64,000 nucleotides of DNA from Christensenellaceae bacterium (GCA_031260975.1 JAISKJ010000003.1:559430-623429); one strand, 5' to 3'; positions 27,537 through 37,607 are shown, counted from the first letter of the stretch. A program made the numbers and translations. The notes: generated from the sequence alone by a model not told the origin.

Positions 27537-27562
27537 GCAAATATAACAAGGGGGATAAAAAT

Positions 27563-28144
27563 ATGCTTTATGGCAATATGGACAAAAATGACAAAACAAT
27601 TAACAGCACCGAAATTTTAGAGGGTCTAAAAAACGAACAAATAATGAAATTCGCCAAAAAAGCATTCCCATGGCTAAGCAAAGAAGAGGATTTAGGAGTA
27701 AACAGGATTGGAGGAGAAATACTTATTTCTTGGAGAACAAACGGTGAAGCTGCTTATGGCTATGCAACACCAGCCTATTATTGGATTACCCTGCATGATT
27801 ATTATTATCTTATTTCTCCTCAGCACAGCGAAAACCGTTTTGACATATTCGGTGAAGAAAATCTTTATTATATCGAAACTCTTATGAGCTGCCTTAATGA
27901 AGACACACTTATTAAATATAAACAGCGTACCCAAGAAATGCTTAAAACTCTGGCAAACAAAGAAAGAACCTCGCTGGAAGAAAATGTGGATAGAGCCGAA
28001 GAGATACATGACGCCGCTTGGCAGGGAGTTATTGATGCAAGAACCGCTTTGAGCGAGTTTGAAGAAGGTTCTTTTATGAAAAATTGCTTTGGCGGACTGT
28101 TTGAAAAATTGATTGACCAAAATCAAAATATAAGCAGACAATAA
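27563..28144 (+). CDS. hypothetical protein (193 aa)
   Basis: ORF with SD AAGGGGGA and a consensus promoter at 27508..27536. No domain recognised. Confidence 0.5.
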   Translation: MLYGNMDKNDKTINSTEILEGLKNEQIMKFAKKAFPWLSKEEDLGVNRIGGEILISWRTNGEAAYGYATPAYYWITLHDYYYLISPQHSENRFDIFGEENLYYIETLMSCLNEDTLIKYKQRTQEMLKTLANKERTSLEENVDRAEEIHDAAWQGVIDARTALSEFEEGSFMKNCFGGLFEKLIDQNQNISRQ

Positions 28145-28191
28145 GAGCACCGCATTTCTTAGACCCATCAGTCTTACTGTCTTAAAACAAC

Positions 28192-28221
28192 AAAAAAACA
28201 GCCCTTAAACGGCTGTTTTTT
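28192..28221. terminator. bidirectional terminator between the convergent hypothetical genes
   Basis: A7 ACAGCC cttaaac GGCTGT T6. Confidence 0.75.
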
Positions 28222-28227
28222 ATCACT

Positions 28228-29064
28228 CTACTCCTGCATGCTGTGCAGTATAAATTCGTAGTAACATTCACAAATTTTATTGATGCCATATTTGAGATAT
28301 TTCTCTTTTGCAGCAATTTCGTTAAGCGCACTTACAAGGGCGCTGAGGATAGTTATATCCTCAAAATCACATGTGCGCATTATAGCATTTACTATCAGCT
28401 TTATGTTTTCTCTCCTGCTCTCTTTTTTGACAAGAACAAGCTTGTCGGCGATATAGTTTGTGTGCGTCTTAACTTCTTCAAAAAAAGCTTTAAAGGTACT
28501 ATCCTCAGCAGCCTTTTTTTCAGGTCCCTCAACTGTAAAGGGCTTTAGGTCCGCAATAGTATCGGTAGGTTCTTCTTTTTCATAAAGCTTGGGCTTTTTC
28601 GAGGCTGTTGCTTCTTCGGGCGAAGGGTCATTCATGTCCATACTAAAAAGCTCTATAATGGCGTCTCTAAAAGGCACAACTACCGTGTGGCCAAAAGCCA
28701 TATATTGTTCATTTTGATTATTAAAGTTAAAGTGCCGGTTCAGAAAATCTTTAAATTCAATCTTTTTGCTGTCTAAGCTCACCAGCAAATTAAAAACAAG
28801 CGGAATAAGCTTATAATATTCCACCGGAAGTATGAATGAGCCTGCACCATTTGTTCCCTTAAAAAAACTGCGGTTCAGCTCCTCTTCAAAGTTAAAGTTT
28901 ATCATACACTCAGCAAGAAGGTTGTAAATCTGCTCGCTGTCGGCAATAGTCTTTAGCATCTTTGAAATTTTAATGTCCGACAAAATAAACTTACTGCCCA
29001 AAAAATCGTTGCAAGCAGCCACAAAATTTTTTATCTTTGTTTTCTGTTGATTGTCAAGTTCCAT
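28228..29064 (-). CDS. hypothetical protein (278 aa)
   Basis: ORF with SD AAGGTGG, convergent with 27563..28144 and sharing a bidirectional terminator. No domain recognised. Confidence 0.5.
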   Translation of the reverse strand: MELDNQQKTKIKNFVAACNDFLGSKFILSDIKISKMLKTIADSEQIYNLLAECMINFNFEEELNRSFFKGTNGAGSFILPVEYYKLIPLVFNLLVSLDSKKIEFKDFLNRHFNFNNQNEQYMAFGHTVVVPFRDAIIELFSMDMNDPSPEEATASKKPKLYEKEEPTDTIADLKPFTVEGPEKKAAEDSTFKAFFEEVKTHTNYIADKLVLVKKESRRENIKLIVNAIMRTCDFEDITILSALVSALNEIAAKEKYLKYGINKICECYYEFILHSMQE

Positions 29065-29211
29065 AAGCCACCTTTTAAAAAGGCTTTAAATGCCTAACTT
29101 ATTTTAAATAATATCATAAATGCCAAATATTGTAAAGCAAAACTAAAAAATCCTCTTTCCTTCTTTCCTTAATAATTGCTAAAATTAATTGTATAACTAA
29201 CCAACTGTTTT

Positions 29212-29311
29212 CAGAGCAGAACTTTAATTTGAGAACACACCAAAATTTGTACGTTAAAGCGCAACAGTTCAGCAAAATTTTGGAAGCGAATAAATTAAAT
29301 GTTCTGCTCTG
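29212..29311. repeat. ~100-bp long-hairpin repeat, family 2
   Basis: Outer stem CAGAGCAGAAC/GTTCTGCTCTG, then TTTAATTT/AAATTAAA, then CCAAAATTT/AAATTTTGG. The core ..AATTTGTACGTTAAAGCGCAACAGTTCAGCAAAATTTTG.. is shared with 56984..57066. Confidence 0.7.
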
Positions 29312-29430
29312 AAACTTTACACCGACAAATAATTTTAGCAACTTCCGCACATTTTTATTGAAAAACTTGTCAAATTATGATATACTAAATTTGTAAAGGT
29401 GTCGTCTTTAAATTTTTGGTGAGGTAGCAT

Positions 29431-29967
29431 ATGGATTTTGTGCCTGATTCTACAGTGAACAAACTGATATTGTTGTTCGTTTTAGATAAAATGGAAATTC
29501 CTCTTACGGAAAACTCCATTATTGATATTTGCACCAGCAGAAACGGCTGGCTTAATTATATGGACTGCAAAGAGCTACTCTGGCAGCTTATGGACGCAAA
29601 ATTTATTTATAAACTTGACAATGAAGGCGGCGAATCAAGATATAACATAACCTACGAAGGCCGTAACTGTCTATCACACTTCTTCAGCCGCGTACCTCAA
29701 AGCATGCGCGAAGAAATTTCCGAATTTTCAAAACAAAACCGTATGATATTCAAGCGCAGTCAGGAATACGTAGGTGACTACTTCAAAAACCCCGACGGCT
29801 CACACACCGTGGTGCTCCGCATCAAAGAGCCGCTAATCAACCAACCCATGTTTGAGATTCGCATAAAAACCGCCTCAAGAGCTGCAGCAATCAATGCCTG
29901 CAAAAAATGGAAAGAAAAAGCTCCGACAATATACGAAAACATCTATGAAACCATTATAAATGATTAA
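29431..29967 (+). CDS. DUF4364-like protein
   Basis: N-terminal KLILLFVLDKMEIPLTENSIIDIC.. resembles my recollection of DUF4364. SD GGTGAGG. Confidence 0.5.
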   Translation: MDFVPDSTVNKLILLFVLDKMEIPLTENSIIDICTSRNGWLNYMDCKELLWQLMDAKFIYKLDNEGGESRYNITYEGRNCLSHFFSRVPQSMREEISEFSKQNRMIFKRSQEYVGDYFKNPDGSHTVVLRIKEPLINQPMFEIRIKTASRAAAINACKKWKEKAPTIYENIYETIIND

Positions 29968-30215
29968 AAAACGTTTCAAACAAAAAAAGGGCATGTTACG
30001 CGCTCTTTTTTGTTTAACTTTTCTGCTTTATAACATAAAATAATCGCCAGCGGCCTCATAGCCGTTTTTTTTATGTGCGAATAAGCGGTCGTATACTCCG
30101 ACCTTATATTTCGAAAGCGTAGGTGCCCCCGCTGACGAATCGTTCTGTGAGGCAGAAATCAAATTATCATTCAGAATCCGACTTTGGCATAAAAATACGG
30201 GTTTTAATACCTAAA

Positions 30216-32885
30216 TCAAAGACTATTCAGCGTTTCTTCCAACACTTTTCTATGCGTTTTATTTTTTTCAAGCTTTTCTTTTTCGGCTTTTATCAGAACT
30301 TCAGGAGCTTTGGCCACAAAGCCTTGATTGCCGAGCATTTTTTCACTTCGTTCAATTTCAAAAATTATATCTTCAATTTCTTTTTTAAGCTTAGCTTCCT
30401 GCTCGGTTTTGTCAGTGAAACCGCTCAGCGGCAAAAATATCTTCACTCTTTCAAAAACAAGAGTTATGCAGTCAGCAGGCGGCTCTTTTACAAATTCAAG
30501 CTCATTTAAAAGTGCCAGCTTTGTGATATACTTTGCCCCTTCTTCAAACACTTCCTTGTCTTTAATAGGCAAAATTGCCGCCTTTATTTTTTTGTTGTCG
30601 GGTATCTGCTTTTCGGCCCTAACATTTCTTATGGCCTTGATTATCTCAATAATCTCATCCATGTCTCTTGCTTTTTTAAAGATATCCTTGGTCAGCGAAT
30701 TTTTATCAGACTTATCTAAATCTGCAACCGGCCACTCACTTGTCACGATACTCTGATTTTTTTCATAGTCTTTGTCACCCATCTTTGCAAGTGTCGGGTC
30801 TTTATCACCAAACTTCAGCAGATTTTGATAAATCTCTTCGGTTATAAACGGCACGTATGGGTGAAGCAGCGAAAGAAGCTGCCTAAAGGTTTTATACAGC
30901 ACAAAATTAAACTGCTTGTTTTCGCACTTGTTAAACTCAATATAATAATCGCAAAAGATATTTCTAAAAAAGTCATAAAGCTCAACCGAAGCAAGGCCTA
31001 TGTCAAACTTCTCAAATTTTTGGTCAACCAACCCAATAAGCTCATTTAGCTTTACCGTAATCCACTTGTCGGCAAAATCCTGTCCGTCATAAATATCTGC
31101 AATTCCATCCAGAATTGGAGCCTTTTCCAGCTTGCTTAAAACAAATTGACCTGCGTTCCATATCTTGTTCATAAAGTTGCGGGTTATCTCTACCCTCTTG
31201 TTTGAAAATCTGAAATTTGAGCCCACCGACATTCCGCTGAACATCGAAAATCTGAGCGTATCCGCCCCAAACTCATCTATGACATCAATTGGGTCTACAC
31301 CGTTTCCGAGGGTCTTGCTCATCTTAATACCGTTCTCGTCAAGGCCTAGGCCATTGATTAAAACATTTCTGAACGGCACCTGCCCCCTAAACTGAAGTCC
31401 ATCAAAAATCATACGCGCAACCCACAAATTGATTATTTCTTTTCCGGTAACCATTACGTCGGTCGGATAAAAATACTTTAAATCCTCTGTTTCATCCGGA
31501 AAACCCAACGTTGAGAGCGGCCACAAGGCTGAACTGAACCATGTATCAAGCGTATCCTCATCCTGAGTCAGTTTAACGCTGCCGCATTTAGGGCAGGCTT
31601 TGGGGTCAGCATATTCAACTATAATCTCACCGCATTTGCTGCATCTGAAAATCGGTATGCGATGGCCATTCCAAATCTGTCTTGAAATACACCAATCCTG
31701 AAGGTTTTCCATCCAATTTAGATAAGTCTTTTTATGCTGTTCTTCGCTGAACCTAACCTCACCATCTTTTACAACATCAATGGCGGGCTTGGCGAGATCC
31801 TTCATCTTTACAAACCATTGGTCTGAAGCCAGCGGTTCTATGGGGACCTTACATCGTTCACAATGCCCTACGCTGTGAATGTGCTCCTCGATTTTAACAA
31901 GTGTACCTTCATTTTTTAAGTCTTTAACAATTTGCGCTCTGGCTTCTTCACGGCTAAGCCCCTTATATTTTCCGCCGTTTTCGTTTATCCTGCCGTCAGC
32001 AGTCAAAATATTGATAATTTCAAGGTTGTGCCTCTTGCCCGCTTCAAAGTCGTTGGGGTCATGAGCAGGCGTAATTTTTACCACACCTGTCCCAAATTCC
32101 TTGTCAACAAAGCTGTCTGAAATTATAGGAATTACTCGGCCCACCAGCGGCAGAACAACAGATTTTCCAACCAAGTTTTTATAACGTTTGTCAGTGGGAT
32201 TCACTGCCACGGCAGTGTCACCAAGCATAGTTTCAGGGCGGGTTGTGGCCACAACCACAAAATCGTCGCTGCCTTTTAGTTTATATTTGAGATGATAAAA
32301 GTGCCCTTTTATTTCCTTAAAATCCACCTCAGCGTCAGAAATAGAGCTTTTGCAGCCCACGCACCAATTGATGATGCGCTGCCCACGATATATCCAACCC
32401 TTTCTATAAAGGTCTACAAAAACCTTTCTCACTGCCCTGTTGTTACGCTCATCCATGGTGAAAGTAAACCTGTCGAAGTCGCAGCTAAAGCCCATTTTTT
32501 TGAATTGGTTTGTTATAAGCCCCATATACTTTTTATACCAATCTTCAGTAATTTGCTTAAACTTTTCGCGCCCTAAACCCTCTTTGGTCTGACCATTTTC
32601 TTTCAGCATCTTTACTATCATGCTCTCGGTCGAAAGTGCCGCGTGGTCAGCTCCGGGCACCCACAATGCGCTGTAGCCCTGTTTGCGTTTACGTCTGATT
32701 AAAATATCCTGTATAGTTTCCTGAAAGGCATGCCCTATATGAAGCTTGTTTGTAACGTTGGGCGGCGGCATTATTATACAAAACGGCTTTTTTGTTTTAT
32801 CCGGTTTTGCGCCGAAATAACCTTTTTTAAGCCATTCGTTATATAAATTTTGTTCAAATTCCTTTGGGTTATATGTTTTATTCAT
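30216..32885 (-). CDS. valS: valine--tRNA ligase
   Basis: PPPNVTNKLHIGHAF (HIGH), KMSKTLGN (KMSKS), C-terminal coiled coil, 889 aa. Confidence 0.97.
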   Translation of the reverse strand: MNKTYNPKEFEQNLYNEWLKKGYFGAKPDKTKKPFCIIMPPPNVTNKLHIGHAFQETIQDILIRRKRKQGYSALWVPGADHAALSTESMIVKMLKENGQTKEGLGREKFKQITEDWYKKYMGLITNQFKKMGFSCDFDRFTFTMDERNNRAVRKVFVDLYRKGWIYRGQRIINWCVGCKSSISDAEVDFKEIKGHFYHLKYKLKGSDDFVVVATTRPETMLGDTAVAVNPTDKRYKNLVGKSVVLPLVGRVIPIISDSFVDKEFGTGVVKITPAHDPNDFEAGKRHNLEIINILTADGRINENGGKYKGLSREEARAQIVKDLKNEGTLVKIEEHIHSVGHCERCKVPIEPLASDQWFVKMKDLAKPAIDVVKDGEVRFSEEQHKKTYLNWMENLQDWCISRQIWNGHRIPIFRCSKCGEIIVEYADPKACPKCGSVKLTQDEDTLDTWFSSALWPLSTLGFPDETEDLKYFYPTDVMVTGKEIINLWVARMIFDGLQFRGQVPFRNVLINGLGLDENGIKMSKTLGNGVDPIDVIDEFGADTLRFSMFSGMSVGSNFRFSNKRVEITRNFMNKIWNAGQFVLSKLEKAPILDGIADIYDGQDFADKWITVKLNELIGLVDQKFEKFDIGLASVELYDFFRNIFCDYYIEFNKCENKQFNFVLYKTFRQLLSLLHPYVPFITEEIYQNLLKFGDKDPTLAKMGDKDYEKNQSIVTSEWPVADLDKSDKNSLTKDIFKKARDMDEIIEIIKAIRNVRAEKQIPDNKKIKAAILPIKDKEVFEEGAKYITKLALLNELEFVKEPPADCITLVFERVKIFLPLSGFTDKTEQEAKLKKEIEDIIFEIERSEKMLGNQGFVAKAPEVLIKAEKEKLEKNKTHRKVLEETLNSL

Positions 32886-33198
32886 AGTTTTCTCCTAACA
32901 AATTATACTTTAACAATATTACAAAAAAAAGTCAAATCTTTAGGCCTCATCCATACTTTCGTGCTTGTCAAGGCAGTATATGAAAAGGTTTAAAAGCTAT
33001 TTTTTTCATGCAATTTTCCTATTCCTTTTAAAAAGGCAAAGCTTACACATACTGCAGGCAACAGTGCCGGCAAATGCAAAGGAGTGTATATACAAGCAAT
33101 ACTGTGCAAACGCAGCCGAAAGCATGCCGCATACGGACACAAAAAAAATGCGGCCGTCAAAATAAAATGACAACCACATTCTTAAGGTGTTTAGGTTT

Positions 33199-33450
33199 TT
33201 AGATAACTTCCAGACACGATAGAATTATAAGAGTACATCCTGCAATTATACATAAAAATCCCAAAACTCTGTGAATAATCAACGCTCTGCTGTCGTTGGG
33301 AACATCCTTATAATCAGCGTATGACGAATTTGCTGCAAGGCGTCTGGATAACACTACCCAAGCCACTCCGACTGTGGTAATGATAAGTCCGACCCATATA
33401 GGCATTCTTGACAAAAATGTAGGCAAATCAACTAATAAAAGATTTAACAT
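33199..33450 (-). CDS. small membrane protein (83 aa, about 2-3 TM helices)
   Basis: Hydrophobic ORF with SD AAAGGAG. Confidence 0.5.
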   Translation of the reverse strand: MLNLLLVDLPTFLSRMPIWVGLIITTVGVAWVVLSRRLAANSSYADYKDVPNDSRALIIHRVLGFLCIIAGCTLIILSCLEVI

Positions 33451-33503
33451 AGTCTCAATCTCCTTTATAACTTCTTATTGACAACCCTATTATAACAGAT
33501 ATC

Positions 33504-35219
33504 TTAAACAATTTCAATACCTTTTTCAAAAATTTTTTTTGTATTCCAAAACTCCTCTTCTTTTATCATAAAATGCCGGCTCAGCTTCTTGGGTGTAACA
33601 CCTGTTTTCTCACATACTCCATAAGCCAACACCGCAGCCATTGCATATTTGTTTGGTCTGATTTTTTGTGCCAAATATCTTTCTACATCAGCTTTCTCAA
33701 TCTTAAGCGAAACATCTCCGCCCATCTCCTGCTGAACTATATACATTTGAGCCAAAATCACAGCTTCCTTAAATTCTTCATCCAAGAGCTTTTGATACTC
33801 ACGCACAACCTTTAAGTCAAAACAATTATATATGCTGTTTATGGTTATGCCAAATTTATGCGGCCGCAGCAGATTCATACGTGAACGTAGCAGCATATAT
33901 TTGGTGCTTGCAGGAATTTCAAGGTCCAGCAAAATTCCGTCCAAAAATATATCCATTTCTCTGGTATTAATATCGGTGCATGCCTTTAGCAAAAACGCTC
34001 CTCTGCCCCGTATGTCATCATGTCTCACAACATAATCCAGAAATTCCATGTTGACTTGCTTTTTCATCTCAGCGGCCGATTTTGTCATAAGGTCAGATAT
34101 GCATTTGGTTATTTTACTCCGCTCTTCAGCCTGCACATCAATCACATATTCAAGGTCATGTTTCATTCCGAAGTGTGCCACATTCAAATAGTAATTATAC
34201 ACATACGAATTGGCCATATCCAGCGTTTGAGCTTTTAGCAGCATTTCCTTTGCTCTTTCTTTTTCGCAGCAATTAAGGCAAGCTATGGCGTAAAACAGCA
34301 ATATCTCAGGGTCACAATCAACATATTTCAGATATGTACCCAAATACTTCATAACAAGGTCGTTGCGTTTAATCTGAGCAAAGGTAATTCCAAGCTTCAG
34401 ATATTCCTCACACGTCATGTTATGTTTGAGTGCCAGCTCATCAATAACCCGTTGCTGGCTCTTAAAGTCAAGAAGAGAATCATAAAAAATAATCAGATTA
34501 CATTGGTCAAAAACACTAAGCTTTCTGGCACTGTTGGTGACATCAATAGCCTTTTTTACATCCCCCATAAAAAAGTGACAAAGCGCCAGGCTGGAGCTGG
34601 CTCCGAAAGTATTTTTATCATTGAGCTCGGTCAGCTTCTGAAGAGCTTCTTCGTTTTGACCCGCAGCAAGCAGCAGATTGGCTTTTCTTAGGTCATCATC
34701 CTGCACTTCTTCCTTAAATTCTGTGCCTCCGACCACCTTATATCTGTGCCCGCAAGCAATATCAATCCGCTCCATACACTCCATTGCACTGTCAGTTATT
34801 TCACGGTTAGGCGAACTGTTAAGGCAGTTATTAAGATAATACCTCGCCGCTGTCATATCTCCAAATCCCAAAAAACTTGCCCCCAAAACGAAATGGGCAA
34901 ACGGAACGGCTTCTTCGGTGCAGTTCTTCAAAAGTCTCAAGCCGCAGTTGACCGACATTTCAAACATATGCAAATCCGCATAAAGCCTTGACATAACATA
35001 ATAGCAGTTATTGCGCTCTTCGCATGTTTTTACCATGGCAAGCAGTCTTTTTATAAACCCCAATGCCCCCAGCAAATCACCGCTGTCCATGCTTCTGCGG
35101 GTCAATATTATCAGCGTGCTGACATCGTTTATGCTAGATACTTTTTTAAATTTGGTTTTTATATTATTAAAAAGACCGAAAAATTCATCCATAAAATATA
35201 TTATTCCTCTAAATGACAT
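33504..35219 (-). CDS. TPR-like helical repeat protein (571 aa; start uncertain, ATG 35219 or 35192)
   Basis: Recurrent Ala/Leu/Tyr helical-pair patterns (e.g. GDMTAARYYLNNCL, GDVKKAIDVTNSA). No catalytic motif. Confidence 0.5.
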   Translation of the reverse strand: MSFRGIIYFMDEFFGLFNNIKTKFKKVSSINDVSTLIILTRRSMDSGDLLGALGFIKRLLAMVKTCEERNNCYYVMSRLYADLHMFEMSVNCGLRLLKNCTEEAVPFAHFVLGASFLGFGDMTAARYYLNNCLNSSPNREITDSAMECMERIDIACGHRYKVVGGTEFKEEVQDDDLRKANLLLAAGQNEEALQKLTELNDKNTFGASSSLALCHFFMGDVKKAIDVTNSARKLSVFDQCNLIIFYDSLLDFKSQQRVIDELALKHNMTCEEYLKLGITFAQIKRNDLVMKYLGTYLKYVDCDPEILLFYAIACLNCCEKERAKEMLLKAQTLDMANSYVYNYYLNVAHFGMKHDLEYVIDVQAEERSKITKCISDLMTKSAAEMKKQVNMEFLDYVVRHDDIRGRGAFLLKACTDINTREMDIFLDGILLDLEIPASTKYMLLRSRMNLLRPHKFGITINSIYNCFDLKVVREYQKLLDEEFKEAVILAQMYIVQQEMGGDVSLKIEKADVERYLAQKIRPNKYAMAAVLAYGVCEKTGVTPKKLSRHFMIKEEEFWNTKKIFEKGIEIV

Positions 35220-35310
35220 TCTAGCATATTTTCAAAAATAACAAAACATTTTTGACAAAAGTCGCCGAAATACGACGAATATTTACACAACTAATACACA
35301 ATCTAGATAT

Positions 35311-35973
35311 ATGAAAAACACGAGTATAATAATAATGCTGATAGTATTTGGCCTAAGCACTCTGGGTGCATGTCTGCTTCCCACTGTTTTTGGAGCTACA
35401 AATTTTGCAAGCGCGGGACAAAATGGAAATTCTCCTTCAATCTCGCAACAGGAACCGGAACCGGCACCTGAGCCCGAACCGCAACAGCCCTCACCAACGC
35501 CTGCTCCAACCCCAGAACCCCAAAAACCTAAGGTTGAGCTTTATCTGGATAATTGGTTTGACTTTGTAAACGAGTATTGGACAAAATATAATCAAAACGC
35601 TCTGGTCATTGATGTAGCCACTCTCAAAACCTACACTGTTTTGCGTGTGGGCGGATATAATCACGCCGATGTAGAACCCATCAACAAAACCGAAACCGCC
35701 ACTATACTAAGCCTTTATAACGGCACCTGGCAGTGGACAAGGCGCCCTGTGTGGGTAAAAATAAAAGACCGATATATCGCAGCTTCAATAAACGGCATGC
35801 CGCACTCATATGATTATGTGGCAAATAATAATATGACGGGCCACACCTGCATTCACTTTTATATGAGCCGAACTCATGGCACCAACAATTGGGATCCCGC
35901 TCACCGCGCAGCCGTTGACACAGCCTTTAACAGTAAAGAAAAATTCGAATATTATATAAAAAATTATACGTAA
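35311..35973 (+). CDS. secreted or possibly lipoprotein, with Pro-rich linker and uncharacterised C-terminal domain
   Basis: Signal-like N-terminus with TLGAC (weak lipobox), PEPAPEPEPQQPSPTPAPTPEPQKP linker, then a ~150-aa domain with GHTCIHFYMSRTHG. Confidence 0.55.
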   Translation: MKNTSIIIMLIVFGLSTLGACLLPTVFGATNFASAGQNGNSPSISQQEPEPAPEPEPQQPSPTPAPTPEPQKPKVELYLDNWFDFVNEYWTKYNQNALVIDVATLKTYTVLRVGGYNHADVEPINKTETATILSLYNGTWQWTRRPVWVKIKDRYIAASINGMPHSYDYVANNNMTGHTCIHFYMSRTHGTNNWDPAHRAAVDTAFNSKEKFEYYIKNYT

Positions 35974-36063
35974 TTTTTTGAAATCATCGTCATTATCACC
36001 CACAAATCCGCAAGCGGTTTGCGGGCGATAATTTCCTATATTATAAAAAATTATACGTAATTT
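35955..36063. repeat. 22-bp exact direct repeat flanking a palindromic insert
   Basis: TATAAAAAATTATACGTAATTT at 35955..35976 (includes the last codons and stop of 35311..35973) and again at 36042..36063. Between them lies the hairpin TATCACCCACAAATCCGC aa GCGGTTTGCGGGCGATA. Confidence 0.75.
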
Positions 36064-36110
36064 ACCTATTTAGTGTCCAAAGGGGCAAAGCCCCTTGCAA
36101 GGAGATTTAA

Positions 36111-36133
36111 AAAGGGGGCATGCGCTCCCCTTT
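36111..36133 (-). terminator. terminator of the zinc-ribbon gene
   Basis: Minus strand: AAAGGGGAGCGCATGCCCCCTTT followed by a T-run. Confidence 0.6.
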
Positions 36134-36141
36134 ATACTTAT

Positions 36142-36837
36142 TTATTTTAGAAAAACCAGCTTGCCGCACTGCTCACACTCAAGATATCCTGATGCCTTAA
36201 GTTTGTTTACAAATGCAGATGACACATCAGTGCGGCAGCCTCCGCACTTATCATTTAAAAGAGGTACAAACACAGGGAAAATATTATCCTCCCTAAGCTT
36301 CTTATACTTGCCGAGCAGCCCCTTGTCAATTGTTTTTTCAAGGTCAGAAAGCTGAGTTTCAATTACCTTCTTTTTGGGCTCTATAGTGGCATTAAGCGCA
36401 TTTAACTGCTCCTTTGCCTTGCTACCTACAACCTTAGCATCGTTTATTTTCTTTTTTATTTCATCAAACTCACGCGAAATATTGTCAGCATCCTTGTTGT
36501 TTACGCTAAGGGCGCGCATAAAACCTTCAATTATGCTCCCCAGCTCATTTACCTTTTCCACAAGCTTGTTAAGAGCAGCATCATCCAGCTTTTTTGTGTC
36601 GCTTTTCAAAAGCTCAGCAACCTCTTTTGAATATTTATCATACTTTTTAAGATTGCTTTCATAATCCTTCTGCACAAACTCAGACTTTGCTATAATCTGC
36701 CGAAGCTTGCCCTGCTCGTCTTTGACTATTGCCGAGGCCCTGCTCACCTGTTTTTTTGCATTGCAGTTATTTATTTCGTTATCAAGCTCCATCAACTGCC
36801 TCTCAAGCTCTTGATATTTCAAAATATTATCAAACAT
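36142..36837 (-). CDS. coiled-coil protein with C-terminal C4 zinc ribbon (COG1579-like)
   Basis: Long coiled coil then CGGC...(19 aa)...CEQC. ATG 36837 is preceded by AAGGGAGA. The track start at 36867 lies inside a palindromic repeat. Confidence 0.7.
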   Translation of the reverse strand: MFDNILKYQELERQLMELDNEINNCNAKKQVSRASAIVKDEQGKLRQIIAKSEFVQKDYESNLKKYDKYSKEVAELLKSDTKKLDDAALNKLVEKVNELGSIIEGFMRALSVNNKDADNISREFDEIKKKINDAKVVGSKAKEQLNALNATIEPKKKVIETQLSDLEKTIDKGLLGKYKKLREDNIFPVFVPLLNDKCGGCRTDVSSAFVNKLKASGYLECEQCGKLVFLK

Positions 36838-36862
36838 CTTTTTCTCCCTTTTCTTTCCAACA

Positions 36863-36969
36863 GTCACAGTAAAGTTTTAAATCTGTGAGTGCATGAAAAT
36901 TTGACACTATAAAAGCTTACACAACGCTGTCAAATTTTTAAAACGAATAATTTAAAACTTTACTGTGAC
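36863..36969. repeat. family 2-like 107-bp palindromic element with perfect 20-bp terminal inverted repeats
   Basis: GTCACAGTAAAGTTTTAAAT (36863..36882) and ATTTAAAACTTTACTGTGAC (36950..36969). Inner stem AAAATTTGACA/TGTCAAATTTT. The right arm covers the trmK stop codon. Confidence 0.75.
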
Positions 36970-37607
36970 CATCCTTTAATCAGCTCTTCTAACATTGTAA
37001 CATATTTAAGAACTTTTGTGTCGCTAATTTTTGTGTTTTTAACAATTTTTTCAAATTTTTCATATTCTCTCAGCACAAATTTTTCAAAATCAGGATTATC
37101 TCTTTTTAGGTTATCCCGCCCAAAAATAAGCTCTTTATCAGACAGCTTATCCTGCCCAAACTCCGCAAATATTATGCTGTAAAAGATTCCGCGCTCCAAC
37201 ACCATGATGTCAGTCACTATTCTGTAGGCGCCTTCAACCAAAAATTCGCGCAGCTCTATCACATTGTGATGCGGACACAAAACCAACTGCTTTGGGTGAC
37301 TTGAAGACAAAATTTTAATTATTTCCTCGCCTCCCATGCCGGCAATCACCACCAAAGCATCAGTAAAGTCTATGCCCTCAAGCCCGTCGGTGCACATAAA
37401 TGTGCCGTCTAACTTAAGGCTTTCAAACAGTCTTTCGGCTTTACCCAAGCTTTTGATGCTGATATCTGTGAGAATTGTCTTGATGCCTTTTCCTGCGCAT
37501 TTTGCCCCCAGCTTGCCATGGTCACACCCTATGTCAACCACCATTTTGGGGTCAACACTCAAAACCACCTCATAGACACGGTTCAAGCGTTTATCAAGCC
37601 TAATCAC
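36960..37607 (-). CDS. trmK: tRNA (adenine22-N1)-methyltransferase TrmK
   Basis: [14 protein letters not shown]-binding start. Position directly after sigA, as in other Firmicutes. Confidence 0.8.
   Translation of the reverse strand: MIRLDKRLNRVYEVVLSVDPKMVVDIGCDHGKLGAKCAGKGIKTILTDISIKSLGKAERLFESLKLDGTFMCTDGLEGIDFTDALVVIAGMGGEEIIKILSSSHPKQLVLCPHHNVIELREFLVEGAYRIVTDIMVLERGIFYSIIFAEFGQDKLSDKELIFGRDNLKRDNPDFEKFVLREYEKFEKIVKNTKISDTKVLKYVTMLEELIKGWSQ

Noticed and set aside
29114-29350. ORF 29114..29350 (-) and ORF 56704..57111 (-), which share the peptide motif KILLNC.A.T.KF
   Set aside because: The shared motif is the translated core of the family 2 hairpin repeat. Neither ORF has an SD. The second also overlaps the real TSUP half-gene out of frame.
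32886-33198. Expected a T-box leader upstream of valS
   Set aside because: The conserved T-box sequence (AANNNGGGTGGTACCGCG on the sense strand) is absent, and I found no specifier or antiterminator architecture in the 310-bp upstream region.
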